A DNA stretch of 64,000 nucleotides from a virus (IMGVR_UViG_3300021431_002979:1649-65648); one strand, 5' to 3'. Shown: positions 1 to 9,083, counted from the first letter of the stretch. The notes: a model not told the origin generated them from the letters alone. Made by a program: numbers and translations.

Positions 1-29
1 ATTACATTTTTACTTGTATTTACAAAAAT

Positions 30-58
30 AAAAAGTCGCCCAACAAAGGCGACTTTTT
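30..58 (-). terminator. Rho-independent terminator (possibly bidirectional)
   Basis: Inverted repeat AAAAAGTCGCC/GGCGACTTTTT downstream of the sigma factor gene. Confidence 0.8.
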
Positions 59-264
59 ATTTGGTAAGTGACCATCAATGCGACCAACACTGATAAACCC
101 CGAATTTAAATTTCGTCTACAGTAGGGCGATATTTTATTTTAGCCACATCGCCCTCAGAGACTTTATACTATCAGTTCTAGCACAACTGTTTGTATAACT
201 AAAATTTTTTCCAAATATCAAATATGTCAAAGCTGACCATCTATTGTGGTTCGCTCTATTTTTT

Positions 265-1143
265 TTAATAACTCATTTGCATCATATCTCGAATTTCGTC
301 AACAGTTAAAATATGTTGAACTGTTTCTTTAATTTTTTTCCAACGAAGATATACTCCCGCACGGGTCATATTTATCTTCTTTGCAATATCTTTAATTTCC
401 AATCCCGATACAATAAGATTAATAATATATAAGTCCTTTCCTTTAAATAAAGGTAAAATTCTATCTTTTACAGCTTGCACAAGACAAAGTTTATCGAATA
501 TCCCTTCCTGACTATCGTCTCGAATTGCGTCGATAACTTTGACTTCTTCATCAATAGGAGAACTAGAATACATTGAAACTTCTCCAAACTCACTACAACG
601 TTTCTTGGCACTTTTTCTTGTGTAATACATACCCACAGCATTTTGTGCACAATTCCAAAAGAAAGTATTAAACTTTACTTTACCGCCTTTATACTTACAT
701 GCACAATCAAAAAATTTATATTGAAGTTCTTCGAGAAGGTCTTCATAAATCATTTGGTTTCCTTTAGATTTATCTCGTGCCATAAATTCAATTTTTTTCT
801 TGAATAAATTATAGGCATAATCAAAGGCGTGTTGTTCACCTTTCTGATAATCCAAAATTGCTTCCTCTACCGTAGGTGGAGTAAACCTTTTAAGTTCCAT
901 CTCCCGTTCTCGTTTAATCCGTTGAGCCTCGGTAAGTTTTATTGGTGACTCGCTATATAATATACAAAATTCTGCATCGAACTCCGTTTCCTCAGTACTA
1001 CAAACTAATTTTACAGTATTCTTGACCTCATTAACAATGTTAATGACAGCTTCCTTAACTCTCTTAATAATCCCCTCAGTGCTATATTCCACTTTCTCAC
1101 TTAACATAACACAGGAACTTGGGTCAAACTCCAAAACGCTCAT
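265..1143 (-). CDS. Sigma-70 family RNA polymerase sigma factor (SigH/ECF-like)
   Basis: Region-2-like segment (AFDYAY..KIEFMAR..EDLLEELQYKFFDCACKY..KFNTFFWNCAQN) and C-terminal region-4 HTH (GLEIKDIAKKINMTRAGVYLRWKKIK); extra ~90 aa N-terminus. Confidence 0.75.
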   Translation of the reverse strand: MSVLEFDPSSCVMLSEKVEYSTEGIIKRVKEAVINIVNEVKNTVKLVCSTEETEFDAEFCILYSESPIKLTEAQRIKREREMELKRFTPPTVEEAILDYQKGEQHAFDYAYNLFKKKIEFMARDKSKGNQMIYEDLLEELQYKFFDCACKYKGGKVKFNTFFWNCAQNAVGMYYTRKSAKKRCSEFGEVSMYSSSPIDEEVKVIDAIRDDSQEGIFDKLCLVQAVKDRILPLFKGKDLYIINLIVSGLEIKDIAKKINMTRAGVYLRWKKIKETVQHILTVDEIRDMMQMSY

Positions 1144-1246
1144 TGATGTAATACCTCTCTCATTCTCATCAAAATTTTATGAAATTAATAATGCCATGTC
1201 CTCAAGCTACACAAGACATAGCATTCCGTGTCTTTCATTTATGTTT

Positions 1247-1275
1247 ATTATAAACAAACTTTATGGTACTGTCAA
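1247..1275 (-). promoter_or_regulatory. Consensus sigmaA/sigma70 promoter for the sigma factor gene
   Basis: TTGACA (1275-1270), 17 nt spacer, TATAAT (1252-1247). Confidence 0.85.
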
Positions 1276-1308
1276 GACTAATTTCCCCAAAAAGTAAGTA
1301 AAATTTTA

Positions 1309-1941
1309 TTAGGGATAAATACCCTCAAAATCGCTTACTCTAGGTGTTTCCTTCTTTTTTGTAAGTACATCTTCCATCCAAGCTGGAACTGCGTCTTTGT
1401 TCTTAGACTTCTCATTGAGTCCATAATGCTCATACGCATTAGCAACCTCTACAGGATTGTTTGTTGGATTTGCTCTTTTATTCATTATATCGTCCCTTTC
1501 TGTATCTAAAACCCAAACTATTTTTGAAGGATTTGTGATAATCCGCACAATTTCGTCATCGTTTATCCAGCCGTAGGTAAAACCGCACTTTTCAGCAAGC
1601 TTATCACTGCCCTCATTTGCAACTTGCCATAATAATTGTTCATAATCACTATTTATGAACCACTTAATGCCGTCTTTTACCATTCCCTGAGCTATGCCTT
1701 TTCTTCTATATTCTTTACTAACTCCAATTACCACATTCAAGTCAGCAACCTCGCCCGATTTATCCATACATTCTGAAATGTCCTCAAAATATATAAAGGC
1801 TACAGGTTTGTCTTGGTCAACAAAGACTTGTGCATATACAGCAAATTCCATTCCATAATCACCGCAAATACATTCTCTGTCCTCGTCAGACATTGAATTA
1901 ATTATGGATGTAATTTGTTTTTTTATTTCATTATTTATCAT
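1309..1941 (-). CDS. GNAT family N-acetyltransferase with C-terminal extension
   Basis: Acetyl-CoA motif A IGVSKEYRRKGIAQGM and motif B ANEGSDKLAEKCGF. Confidence 0.75.
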   Translation of the reverse strand: MINNEIKKQITSIINSMSDEDRECICGDYGMEFAVYAQVFVDQDKPVAFIYFEDISECMDKSGEVADLNVVIGVSKEYRRKGIAQGMVKDGIKWFINSDYEQLLWQVANEGSDKLAEKCGFTYGWINDDEIVRIITNPSKIVWVLDTERDDIMNKRANPTNNPVEVANAYEHYGLNEKSKNKDAVPAWMEDVLTKKKETPRVSDFEGIYP

Positions 1942-2603
1942 ATTGTTTCTTCCTTGTCCAAGTCAAAATCGACAGGTTCTTCTTCTGAATTTTCTTCCTC
2001 GTCCAAATCAAAATCAGTATCGTCTTCTTCAATGGGTTCTTCTGTTTCTTCGTTTTCCATATTGTCGTCAGTTTCTTCCAAATCTTCGGAATTATCAGAA
2101 GAAACGTCAAAATCTTCTGTGTCTTCTTCTATAGGATTACCGTCCTCGTCATATTGCTGCGGTTCAAAATATTCTCCTTCTTCCAAAGTATCAATAGCCT
2201 CTTGGAACGGTTCACCTTCTTCATTTTCAGACAATTCAAGAATATCGTCATATTCAGGTAAATACGGAATTTCAAAATCGCTCATATTATTATGGATTTC
2301 TTCACTAGAATCCGTAATCATTATACCCGTCTCATTATTATCAACATTCATTAAGGAATCATCTACAAACAATTGCTCAATTCTATCAAATCTATATGAA
2401 CGAACTGACCCGTCCTGTTTATAGCACATCACCAACAAATTGTTATCTTGTGAAGTGGTAAATGAATATGGCAATACAGTTCTCCAACCTGAACCTTGAT
2501 ATTCGATTTGAATATTCATTTTGTTTGCCATTGAATCTGTAATATATTGAATGGCTTCGTCACCATTTAATTTTACTTGCCGAAATTCTGCATATCTTTT
2601 CAT
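1938..2603 (-). CDS. WYL-domain protein with long acidic C-terminal tail
   Basis: IQIEYQ..WRTVLPYSF..LLVMCYKQDGSVRSYRFDRIEQL matches the WYL signature; last ~100 aa are D/E-rich; no N-terminal HTH. Confidence 0.7.
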   Translation of the reverse strand: MKRYAEFRQVKLNGDEAIQYITDSMANKMNIQIEYQGSGWRTVLPYSFTTSQDNNLLVMCYKQDGSVRSYRFDRIEQLFVDDSLMNVDNNETGIMITDSSEEIHNNMSDFEIPYLPEYDDILELSENEEGEPFQEAIDTLEEGEYFEPQQYDEDGNPIEEDTEDFDVSSDNSEDLEETDDNMENEETEEPIEEDDTDFDLDEEENSEEEPVDFDLDKEETI

Positions 2604-2828
2604 ATAAAATCATTTCCTTAAAAAAACTAAGAAGGTACAACTCTTAATCCAATACTGCATATGTTATCGTACCATTCTATAGTACATCCATTGACCCGAT
2701 TGAATACTCAGTACTAAGTATATCAAGTATAGTTATCGTTCAAATGCTACTTACCATAACCTTCTCGAAAAATAGGTTGCCCTTCTACACTTTAAATAAA
2801 CGTCTATCTATTCTTTATAACAGCAACA

Positions 2829-2866
2829 CAAAAAAGAGCAAAAATTTTATTTTTTGCTCTTTTTTG
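2829..2866 (-). terminator. Rho-independent terminator
   Basis: Inverted repeat CAAAAAAGAGCAAAAA/TTTTTGCTCTTTTTTG overlapping the 3' end of the DHH gene. Confidence 0.75.
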
Positions 2867-3842
2867 CTTGTTTTTCTTTATCTATTAATTCCTTTATTTT
2901 TTTTATTACTGAATTCATCAGTGAAAACGGGGAATCTGAAAACACTACTGCACCCGCAGCTAATTTGTGTCCACCACCACCATAATGTTCCATCACTTTA
3001 GCAACATCATATTTAGTACTACGAACCTTAATATACACATTCTTTTCAGCAGACAAAAACAAAACTGCAACGTCCACGTCCTGCATAAGTTTCATTATAT
3101 CTATAATCTGAGAGGCTTCTGCATAAGTAGTGTCAGAATTGCGTATAGTATCTTTATTAATCAAAGCATACATTATACGATAATTAGCGTCATACATTAT
3201 ATTAGACCAAACTTCCCGTTCGAGTTTAAGAATACTTCTTGGATAACGTTCAATTTCATTTATTTCATTCAAGTCAGCACCTTTTTTTATCAAATCAGCA
3301 GAAATTTCATGTGCTTCTGCAGTAACATTAGGATTTCTAAAATTAAAACTGTCTCCACGCAAGCCCATATACAACGCTGTTGCAATTTCTTTATTAAATT
3401 TAACATTAAGTTTCATTTCCTGCATTTTGTTAATCAATTTATAAATCAATATTGTGTCGGAAATTACATTCTCTCGCCAACACAAAGTACCATATTCTTT
3501 ATAGTTTGCATGATGGTCGATAACAATTATTGTATCACTCATTCTAGTCAAATCAAAACTTACTCTTGATTCGTCAGAACAATCAAGGACAAAAACCATA
3601 TCAAAATGACTGTAAGGAACATTTATTCTATTCACTCGATGCCTACCTACAATGTTTGCATATCTTTTCCTGATTTTATTCTGTGTTACAAAAGTTACAT
3701 TTTTGTCTAGTTGTAGCAAAACATTTTCTAATGCCGCTGCTGACCCTATAGCGTCTTCGTCAGGGTTATTATGAACAACAATAGCTATATCGTACACATT
3801 ATGGTTTAGGATTTTATTTATAATTTGTTCTTTAATGTCCAT
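2847..3842 (-). CDS. DHH/DHHA1 phosphoesterase (NrnA-like nanoRNase/pAp phosphatase/c-di-AMP PDE family)
   Basis: Motifs HNNPDEDAIGS, LDCS, IDHH, GGGHKLAAG; start moved to ATG 3842 (MDIKEQ) behind a GGAG RBS. Confidence 0.85.
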   Translation of the reverse strand: MDIKEQIINKILNHNVYDIAIVVHNNPDEDAIGSAAALENVLLQLDKNVTFVTQNKIRKRYANIVGRHRVNRINVPYSHFDMVFVLDCSDESRVSFDLTRMSDTIIVIDHHANYKEYGTLCWRENVISDTILIYKLINKMQEMKLNVKFNKEIATALYMGLRGDSFNFRNPNVTAEAHEISADLIKKGADLNEINEIERYPRSILKLEREVWSNIMYDANYRIMYALINKDTIRNSDTTYAEASQIIDIMKLMQDVDVAVLFLSAEKNVYIKVRSTKYDVAKVMEHYGGGGHKLAAGAVVFSDSPFSLMNSVIKKIKELIDKEKQAKKSKK

Positions 3843-3935
3843 ATCTAAAACTCCATACATAAAAAACAACCAAACCATTACAACAATCAAATAGCAAATT
3901 GTTTAATTCGTATGTATTGCTTTGGACACTAAAAT

Positions 3936-3969
3936 AAAAGAGCTAGGACTTTTGTACCGTAGCTCTTTT
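3936..3969 (-). terminator. Rho-independent terminator
   Basis: AAAAGAGCTA/TAGCTCTTTT inverted repeat after recJ. Confidence 0.65.
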
Positions 3970-3979
3970 AATTACCAAA

Positions 3980-5650
3980 TCACCCGCAAGCCTTAATATC
4001 TTTAAGTTGCAACTGTATTGTCTTATTTCCGTTCCACACATTATACTGAACTATAAATCCAATGTCCACCTTGTCAGGAGCACCAAGTTCGTCGATATAT
4101 TTATCTTTAACGTCATTAAAGCAAATACCTTTTAAAATAGTACCATTTTTTTCAAAATCGAATCTTACAGCATTATTTTTTGCACCGATTACTTTATAAT
4201 CTGCGACATTAACATTCATCGTGCAAAACATAGGCTCACGATTTCCCAACCCAAACGGTGCAAGTTTTTCTATATCGTCCACAAAGTTTTCATTAATCTT
4301 ATCAAAACCAAGTTCAAATAAGAAAACCATTGTAGGGTCTTTAGGCTTACCGTCATTTTGAGCAAGCCAATCAAAATATAATTTCTTGCAACGCTTTTTA
4401 AATTCAGGTAAATATTCTTCTCTTAAAGAATGTATACCACAAGCCCCTGAGTGACCACCGCCACCTACGCCAATATCTGCACAGCTTGTAATACAATCTC
4501 TCAATTTAAAATCTGATATACCACGACCCGAACCTGCAAGAATACCATTATCATTACGCATAACAAAACAAGGTCTTTGATACTTGCCACCGATTTTACC
4601 TGCAAGTACACCAACTACACCTTTTGGAACGTCATCAAAAACAACAACCAAAACACCATCATTTTCGTCTACTTCTGCTTCAGCGACTTTTTTATTTTCC
4701 AAGTCCTTACGTTCGTCATTCCATTTAAATGCTTGTTCTGCAAGTCGTTCTGCAACAACTTCGTCGTCTGTCAATAACAATTCTACAGCTTTTGAAGCGT
4801 CGTCCATTCTACCAATAGCATTAATCATAGGAGCTATAGTAAAACCAATACTTGAAGAAGTAATAGCCCCTCGCTGTATCTTCCCTTTTTTTAATAAATG
4901 TTCTACACCGTAGCCAATAAAATATTTCGGATTATTCATTATATTCAGTCCGAAATGAACAAATCTGCGATTTTCTTCTAACAAAGGCATAGAATCTGCA
5001 ACGGTAGCAATTGTTGCAAAAGTAGTAAGCTCGCCAAAAAAGTCGATACCAATTTTATTTTTTAAATCAGGGATTAATACTTGCAAAAACTTAAATGCCA
5101 CCATACAACCACAAATTTCTTTAAAAGCAATTGAACTATCAATAAACGGGTCGACAACAATAGCATTTGGTAGCTTACCATTTGATATATGGTGGTCTGT
5201 AACAACAACGTCGATATTATTTTCCCTTGCATAATCAATAGCTTCATTGGCATTAATACCGTTATCAACAGTAATAATTAAATCTACTTTTTTATCAATA
5301 GCTTTTTGTATCATTTTCTTGGATAAACCATATCCGTCTTTTCTAAGAGGAACTATCCAACTTACATTACGTGCCACTGTTCTTAACCCAACAACCATAG
5401 TTGCTGTAGCTGTTACCCCGTCACAGTCATAGTCGCCCGCAATCATAATATGTTCGTCATTGTCAATAGCTTTTTTAACTCTTTCTACAGCACTGTCTAT
5501 ATTAGGCAAAGTATGTTCATCAAATTTACTAATTTGTTTAAAATCCAAAAAACGTTCCAACAATCTATCTGTTGAAAAACAATGCTCGTCTTTTATAAAT
5601 TTCCACAATCCCTCTTCGTACTTCCCTTTAATTTTCCAATTATAATTCAA
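3980..5650 (-). CDS. recJ: Single-stranded DNA-specific exonuclease RecJ
   Basis: GDYDCDG, LIITVDNG, VVVTDHH, ATIATVAD, APMINAIGR, GSGRG, GGGHSGACG, LAPFGLGNREP motifs. Confidence 0.9.
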   Translation of the reverse strand: MNYNWKIKGKYEEGLWKFIKDEHCFSTDRLLERFLDFKQISKFDEHTLPNIDSAVERVKKAIDNDEHIMIAGDYDCDGVTATATMVVGLRTVARNVSWIVPLRKDGYGLSKKMIQKAIDKKVDLIITVDNGINANEAIDYARENNIDVVVTDHHISNGKLPNAIVVDPFIDSSIAFKEICGCMVAFKFLQVLIPDLKNKIGIDFFGELTTFATIATVADSMPLLEENRRFVHFGLNIMNNPKYFIGYGVEHLLKKGKIQRGAITSSSIGFTIAPMINAIGRMDDASKAVELLLTDDEVVAERLAEQAFKWNDERKDLENKKVAEAEVDENDGVLVVVFDDVPKGVVGVLAGKIGGKYQRPCFVMRNDNGILAGSGRGISDFKLRDCITSCADIGVGGGGHSGACGIHSLREEYLPEFKKRCKKLYFDWLAQNDGKPKDPTMVFLFELGFDKINENFVDDIEKLAPFGLGNREPMFCTMNVNVADYKVIGAKNNAVRFDFEKNGTILKGICFNDVKDKYIDELGAPDKVDIGFIVQYNVWNGNKTIQLQLKDIKACG

Positions 5651-5783
5651 AATTTTTCCTCCTCGAGTGAGACTTATATACTATATTATTATTACACAAA
5701 ATACTGTTATTCTTCAATTATTATTTTATTTATTTAGTGCAGATATTGTTTAAAATTTTTAAAAAAACGTGTGGTGATTATTA

Positions 5784-6662
5784 ATGAAACTAATTAATTT
5801 TAGACAAATTGACGGTGGTATGTCGTTAGTTGCAAAAGTAAAAGAATTATCTGCATATAACGTTTATACAACCACCCTTGTAAACGCTTTAAAACAAACT
5901 GTTTTTCCTGTTAAAGAAAAAATAGATTTGTCCGATTTTGACGACCCTAAGTCTCCTGCAACAGAATTTGTTCTTGCAAATCAACCTGCTTCTCAGGACG
6001 TAGAATTATTTATTAACGGTATAATGTACGAGGAAGGAGACGCTTTTGAAGTTAATCGTGCAGAAAAGAAAATAACTTGGGTTTTTAATTCTACTGCCAA
6101 TGGTTTTGATTTATATAATGAAGTGACTGACGCTATGACAGCAAAGTATTTTATCAATGTTGTAGCAGATAAAAAATTAAAACACAAAGTTATTTTAAAC
6201 CAAACTATTCCAACAGAAGGTACTTTCGTTGAAGGTGACATTGTACTTCGTAGCCAAGCCGACAAAGAAAATAAAATTGGTTGGATTTACAAAGCTAACG
6301 AAGAAGACGCAACTCTCTTTGAATGGATTGAAATTGATATTTATTTCTTAGAAAAATTACTTGAAGAAGCTGCTAAGTTACCTGACGAACCTGAAGAATC
6401 AGAAGAACCAAAAACTGACGAAGAAAAATTACCTTATGTAACTTTTGAATCTGTTGCAGATGACGGAACACCATCAGGCAAACAAGTAGAACTTCAAGCC
6501 ACCAAAACTTGGGACGGCAAATTAGAATATTCCTATGACACCAAAAATTGGACTGAATGGGACGGTAGTACAATCACTTCCACAGACGGCAAATTATATT
6601 TGCGTGGTGTAAACAATACTATAATCTCCGACGATGTTCCATTTGTTGTTAGAGAAGTTTAA
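5784..6662 (+). CDS. Putative virion-associated protein; C-terminal beta module shared with 7412..9049
   Basis: N-terminal FVLANQP..VELFING..ITW segment like phage decoration/tail modules; C-terminal TWDGKLEYSYD..W..W..DGKLYLRG.NNT recurs inside 7412..9049. Confidence 0.5.
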   Translation: MKLINFRQIDGGMSLVAKVKELSAYNVYTTTLVNALKQTVFPVKEKIDLSDFDDPKSPATEFVLANQPASQDVELFINGIMYEEGDAFEVNRAEKKITWVFNSTANGFDLYNEVTDAMTAKYFINVVADKKLKHKVILNQTIPTEGTFVEGDIVLRSQADKENKIGWIYKANEEDATLFEWIEIDIYFLEKLLEEAAKLPDEPEESEEPKTDEEKLPYVTFESVADDGTPSGKQVELQATKTWDGKLEYSYDTKNWTEWDGSTITSTDGKLYLRGVNNTIISDDVPFVVREV

Positions 6663-6688
6663 TTTGTCCATATAAAAGGTGATAATTT

Positions 6689-7393
6689 ATGGCTATAAAA
6701 ATAAAAGGAAATATCGAGACATTGTTGGATTACGAAAAAGTAGCAAAGAATGAGCATCCTACTATGGGAGAAAATTGTTTTGCTAGTATGTTTAAAAATT
6801 GGGTGAAATTAACACAAGCTCCTGATTTACCTACTACTACATTATCTGCTAATTGTTATTCTGAAATGTTTGCAGGTTGTACAGAATTAACAAGTATTCC
6901 AAGCACTTTACCCGCTGAAACATTATCTGATTATTGTTATTTTAAAATGTTTGCTGACTGTACTAAATTATCAGTAGCCCCTACCTTACCTGCCGAAACA
7001 TTAAGCGATTATTGTTATAGCAACATGTTTCAAAATTGTAGTATGTTGGAAGGTACTCCTGAATTACCTGCAACAACTTTAGCTGTAGGTTGCTATGATA
7101 CTATGTTTAGCGGTTGTGTAAAAATTTCAACCATGCCACAATTACCTGCAACAACTTTAAGTTCAAACTGTTATTCTGATATGTTTAATGGTTGTACTAT
7201 TTTAAATTTTGCAAATTCAGACATGGAATTACCTGCAACAAAATTGTCTGTTAATTGCTATACTCAAATGTTCAAAGATTGTTCTTCTTTAACAGGCACA
7301 ATTCATTGTCCTGCTTCTGTAAGCAGTAACAAAAACAATATTACTAACAAAGGTGGCTTAAATGAAAACGTCACCGTTGTTTATGATTTATAA
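6689..7393 (+). CDS. LRR-like (BspA/TpLRR-like) repeat protein, ~6 repeats of ~26 aa
   Basis: Repeat PxLPATTLxxxCYxxMFxxCxxL; N-terminus MAIKIKGNIETLLDY and C-terminus TIHCP..VTVVYDL shared with the next gene. Confidence 0.7.
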   Translation: MAIKIKGNIETLLDYEKVAKNEHPTMGENCFASMFKNWVKLTQAPDLPTTTLSANCYSEMFAGCTELTSIPSTLPAETLSDYCYFKMFADCTKLSVAPTLPAETLSDYCYSNMFQNCSMLEGTPELPATTLAVGCYDTMFSGCVKISTMPQLPATTLSSNCYSDMFNGCTILNFANSDMELPATKLSVNCYTQMFKDCSSLTGTIHCPASVSSNKNNITNKGGLNENVTVVYDL

Positions 7394-7411
7394 GCAAAGA
7401 GGTGATAAATA

Positions 7412-9049
7412 ATGGCAATAAAAATAAAAGGTAACATTGAAAACCTTTTGGATTATCAAAAAGTAGAAAACAATGAACACCCTACTATGGGAAATAGATG
7501 TTTTGCTAGTATGTTTAAAAACAATAAGGACGTAGTTGAAGCTCCAACTTTTCCTGCAAATGTACTTTCTGACGAATGTTATGTAAATATGTTTGCAAAC
7601 TGTTCTTTAACTGTAGCTCCTACAGTTTCTGCGACAATATTCGGCATAAATTCCATGACAGGATTTTTATACAACAATTCAGCAACCGCAGGTAGCGTTT
7701 ATGAAGGCGTTGACAAAAAAATCCCATTTGAATATTATTCAAATGATTTTTTAACATTTAAAACTTCTGACGGCAGTGCTTTTTACATTTATGTAGAATT
7801 AACAGAAGAAGAACGCCAAGGACAATTAAATGGTACTATTTCACTTAACGAAAATTTAAGAAAAGTTTGGGATGGAGAAATTGAGATTTCCACAGACAAA
7901 GAGCATTGGACAACTTGGTTGGGCGATGATAGTGGTTATGCTCCTAATGGCGTACTTTATATGCGTGGTCGCGGCAATACATATGTTACCAAATACATTG
8001 ACGATACCAATTATCATAAATGGATTTGTAGTGTTGACGGTAATGTTGATTTGGAATGTACAGGCAATATCGAAACTCTTTTGGATTATGAAAAAGTTTC
8101 AAATGGTGAACATCCTACTATGGGAACAGGCTGTTTTTATGGACTATTTAGAAGTATGCCACGTTTAACGAAAGCACCTTATTTACCTGCAAAACAACTT
8201 GCTCCATATTGTTATTGTAGAATGTTTGGTGGCACTGCCATAACAAAAGCACCCGCACTTCCTGCTACTGAATTAGCTGAAAGTTGTTATGATAGAATGT
8301 TCACAGGTTGTAACGCATTAATCAACATGCCTGTTTTACCTGCAACAACCATGCAAAAAAAATGCTATAATAGTATGTTCCAATATTGTAAATCTCTAAC
8401 ACAAACACCTAAATTACCTGCTATTGAATTAGCTGAAGAATGTTATAGAGGAATGTTCACAGGTTGTACGTCACTAACCCAAGCACCTGAATTACCTGCT
8501 ACAACTTTGGCTACTAGTTGTTATCAAGGAATGTTTTATGAATGTACTTCTTTAATAAATGCTCCCAAGCTTCCTGCTTTAACTTTAGCCGATAATTGTT
8601 ATGAAAATATGTTTCAATATTGTTCTGCGTTAATAAGTGCTCCTGAATTACCTGCTGTAAATTTAACCAATGAATGTTACAGACAAATGTTTTTGGGATG
8701 TACATCATTAACCCAAGCACCTGAATTACCTGCTACTGTTTTGACGGACGCTTGTTATGGTTGGATGTTCCACGGCTGTACTTCACTAACAGAAGCACCC
8801 GAACTACCTGCAACTGTTTTAACAAAATCATGTTATCAACAAATGTTTACTTATTGCACCTCATTAACAAAAGTGCCTGCTAATTTCCCTGCTACTACAT
8901 TAGTTGAAGATTGTTATACTAATATGTTTAGTGGATGTGAAGCATTAACAACTACAATTCATTGTCCAAAATCTACTGACGGTGATTTAAACTGTCTTAA
9001 ATATTGTGCAGCATTACCTGAAACAGTTACAGTTGTTTACGATTTATAA
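7412..9049 (+). CDS. LRR-like repeat protein, ~10 C-terminal repeats of 26 aa plus duplicated cap module
   Basis: PELPATTLATSCYQGMFYECTSLINA-type repeats; cap GNIETLLDYEKV..EHPTMG..CF present twice. Confidence 0.7.
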   Translation: MAIKIKGNIENLLDYQKVENNEHPTMGNRCFASMFKNNKDVVEAPTFPANVLSDECYVNMFANCSLTVAPTVSATIFGINSMTGFLYNNSATAGSVYEGVDKKIPFEYYSNDFLTFKTSDGSAFYIYVELTEEERQGQLNGTISLNENLRKVWDGEIEISTDKEHWTTWLGDDSGYAPNGVLYMRGRGNTYVTKYIDDTNYHKWICSVDGNVDLECTGNIETLLDYEKVSNGEHPTMGTGCFYGLFRSMPRLTKAPYLPAKQLAPYCYCRMFGGTAITKAPALPATELAESCYDRMFTGCNALINMPVLPATTMQKKCYNSMFQYCKSLTQTPKLPAIELAEECYRGMFTGCTSLTQAPELPATTLATSCYQGMFYECTSLINAPKLPALTLADNCYENMFQYCSALISAPELPAVNLTNECYRQMFLGCTSLTQAPELPATVLTDACYGWMFHGCTSLTEAPELPATVLTKSCYQQMFTYCTSLTKVPANFPATTLVEDCYTNMFSGCEALTTTIHCPKSTDGDLNCLKYCAALPETVTVVYDL

Positions 9050-9053
9050 AAAC

Positions 9054-9083
9054 AAAAAGACCCCATTAAGGGGTCTTTTTTTT
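9054..9083. terminator. Bidirectional terminator between convergent cassettes
   Basis: AAAAAGACCCC-ATTAA-GGGGTCTTTTTTTT. Confidence 0.85.

Noticed and set aside
90-175. Hammerhead ribozyme
   Set aside because: CTGA and GAAA are present, but the CUGAnGA core and stem order do not fit.
1915-2424. Ser-rich 169-aa plus-strand ORF
   Set aside because: It is the antisense shadow of the acidic GAA/GAT-rich WYL tail. The same applies to most plus-strand ORFs overlapping minus-strand genes in the track.
6663-6688. Stop-codon readthrough fusing 5784..6662 to 6689..7393
   Set aside because: The 26-nt gap puts the ORFs out of frame, and the second gene has its own RBS.
7394-7411. Readthrough fusing the two LRR-like genes
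   Set aside because: They are in frame, but TAA is followed by in-frame TGA TAA and a separate RBS.
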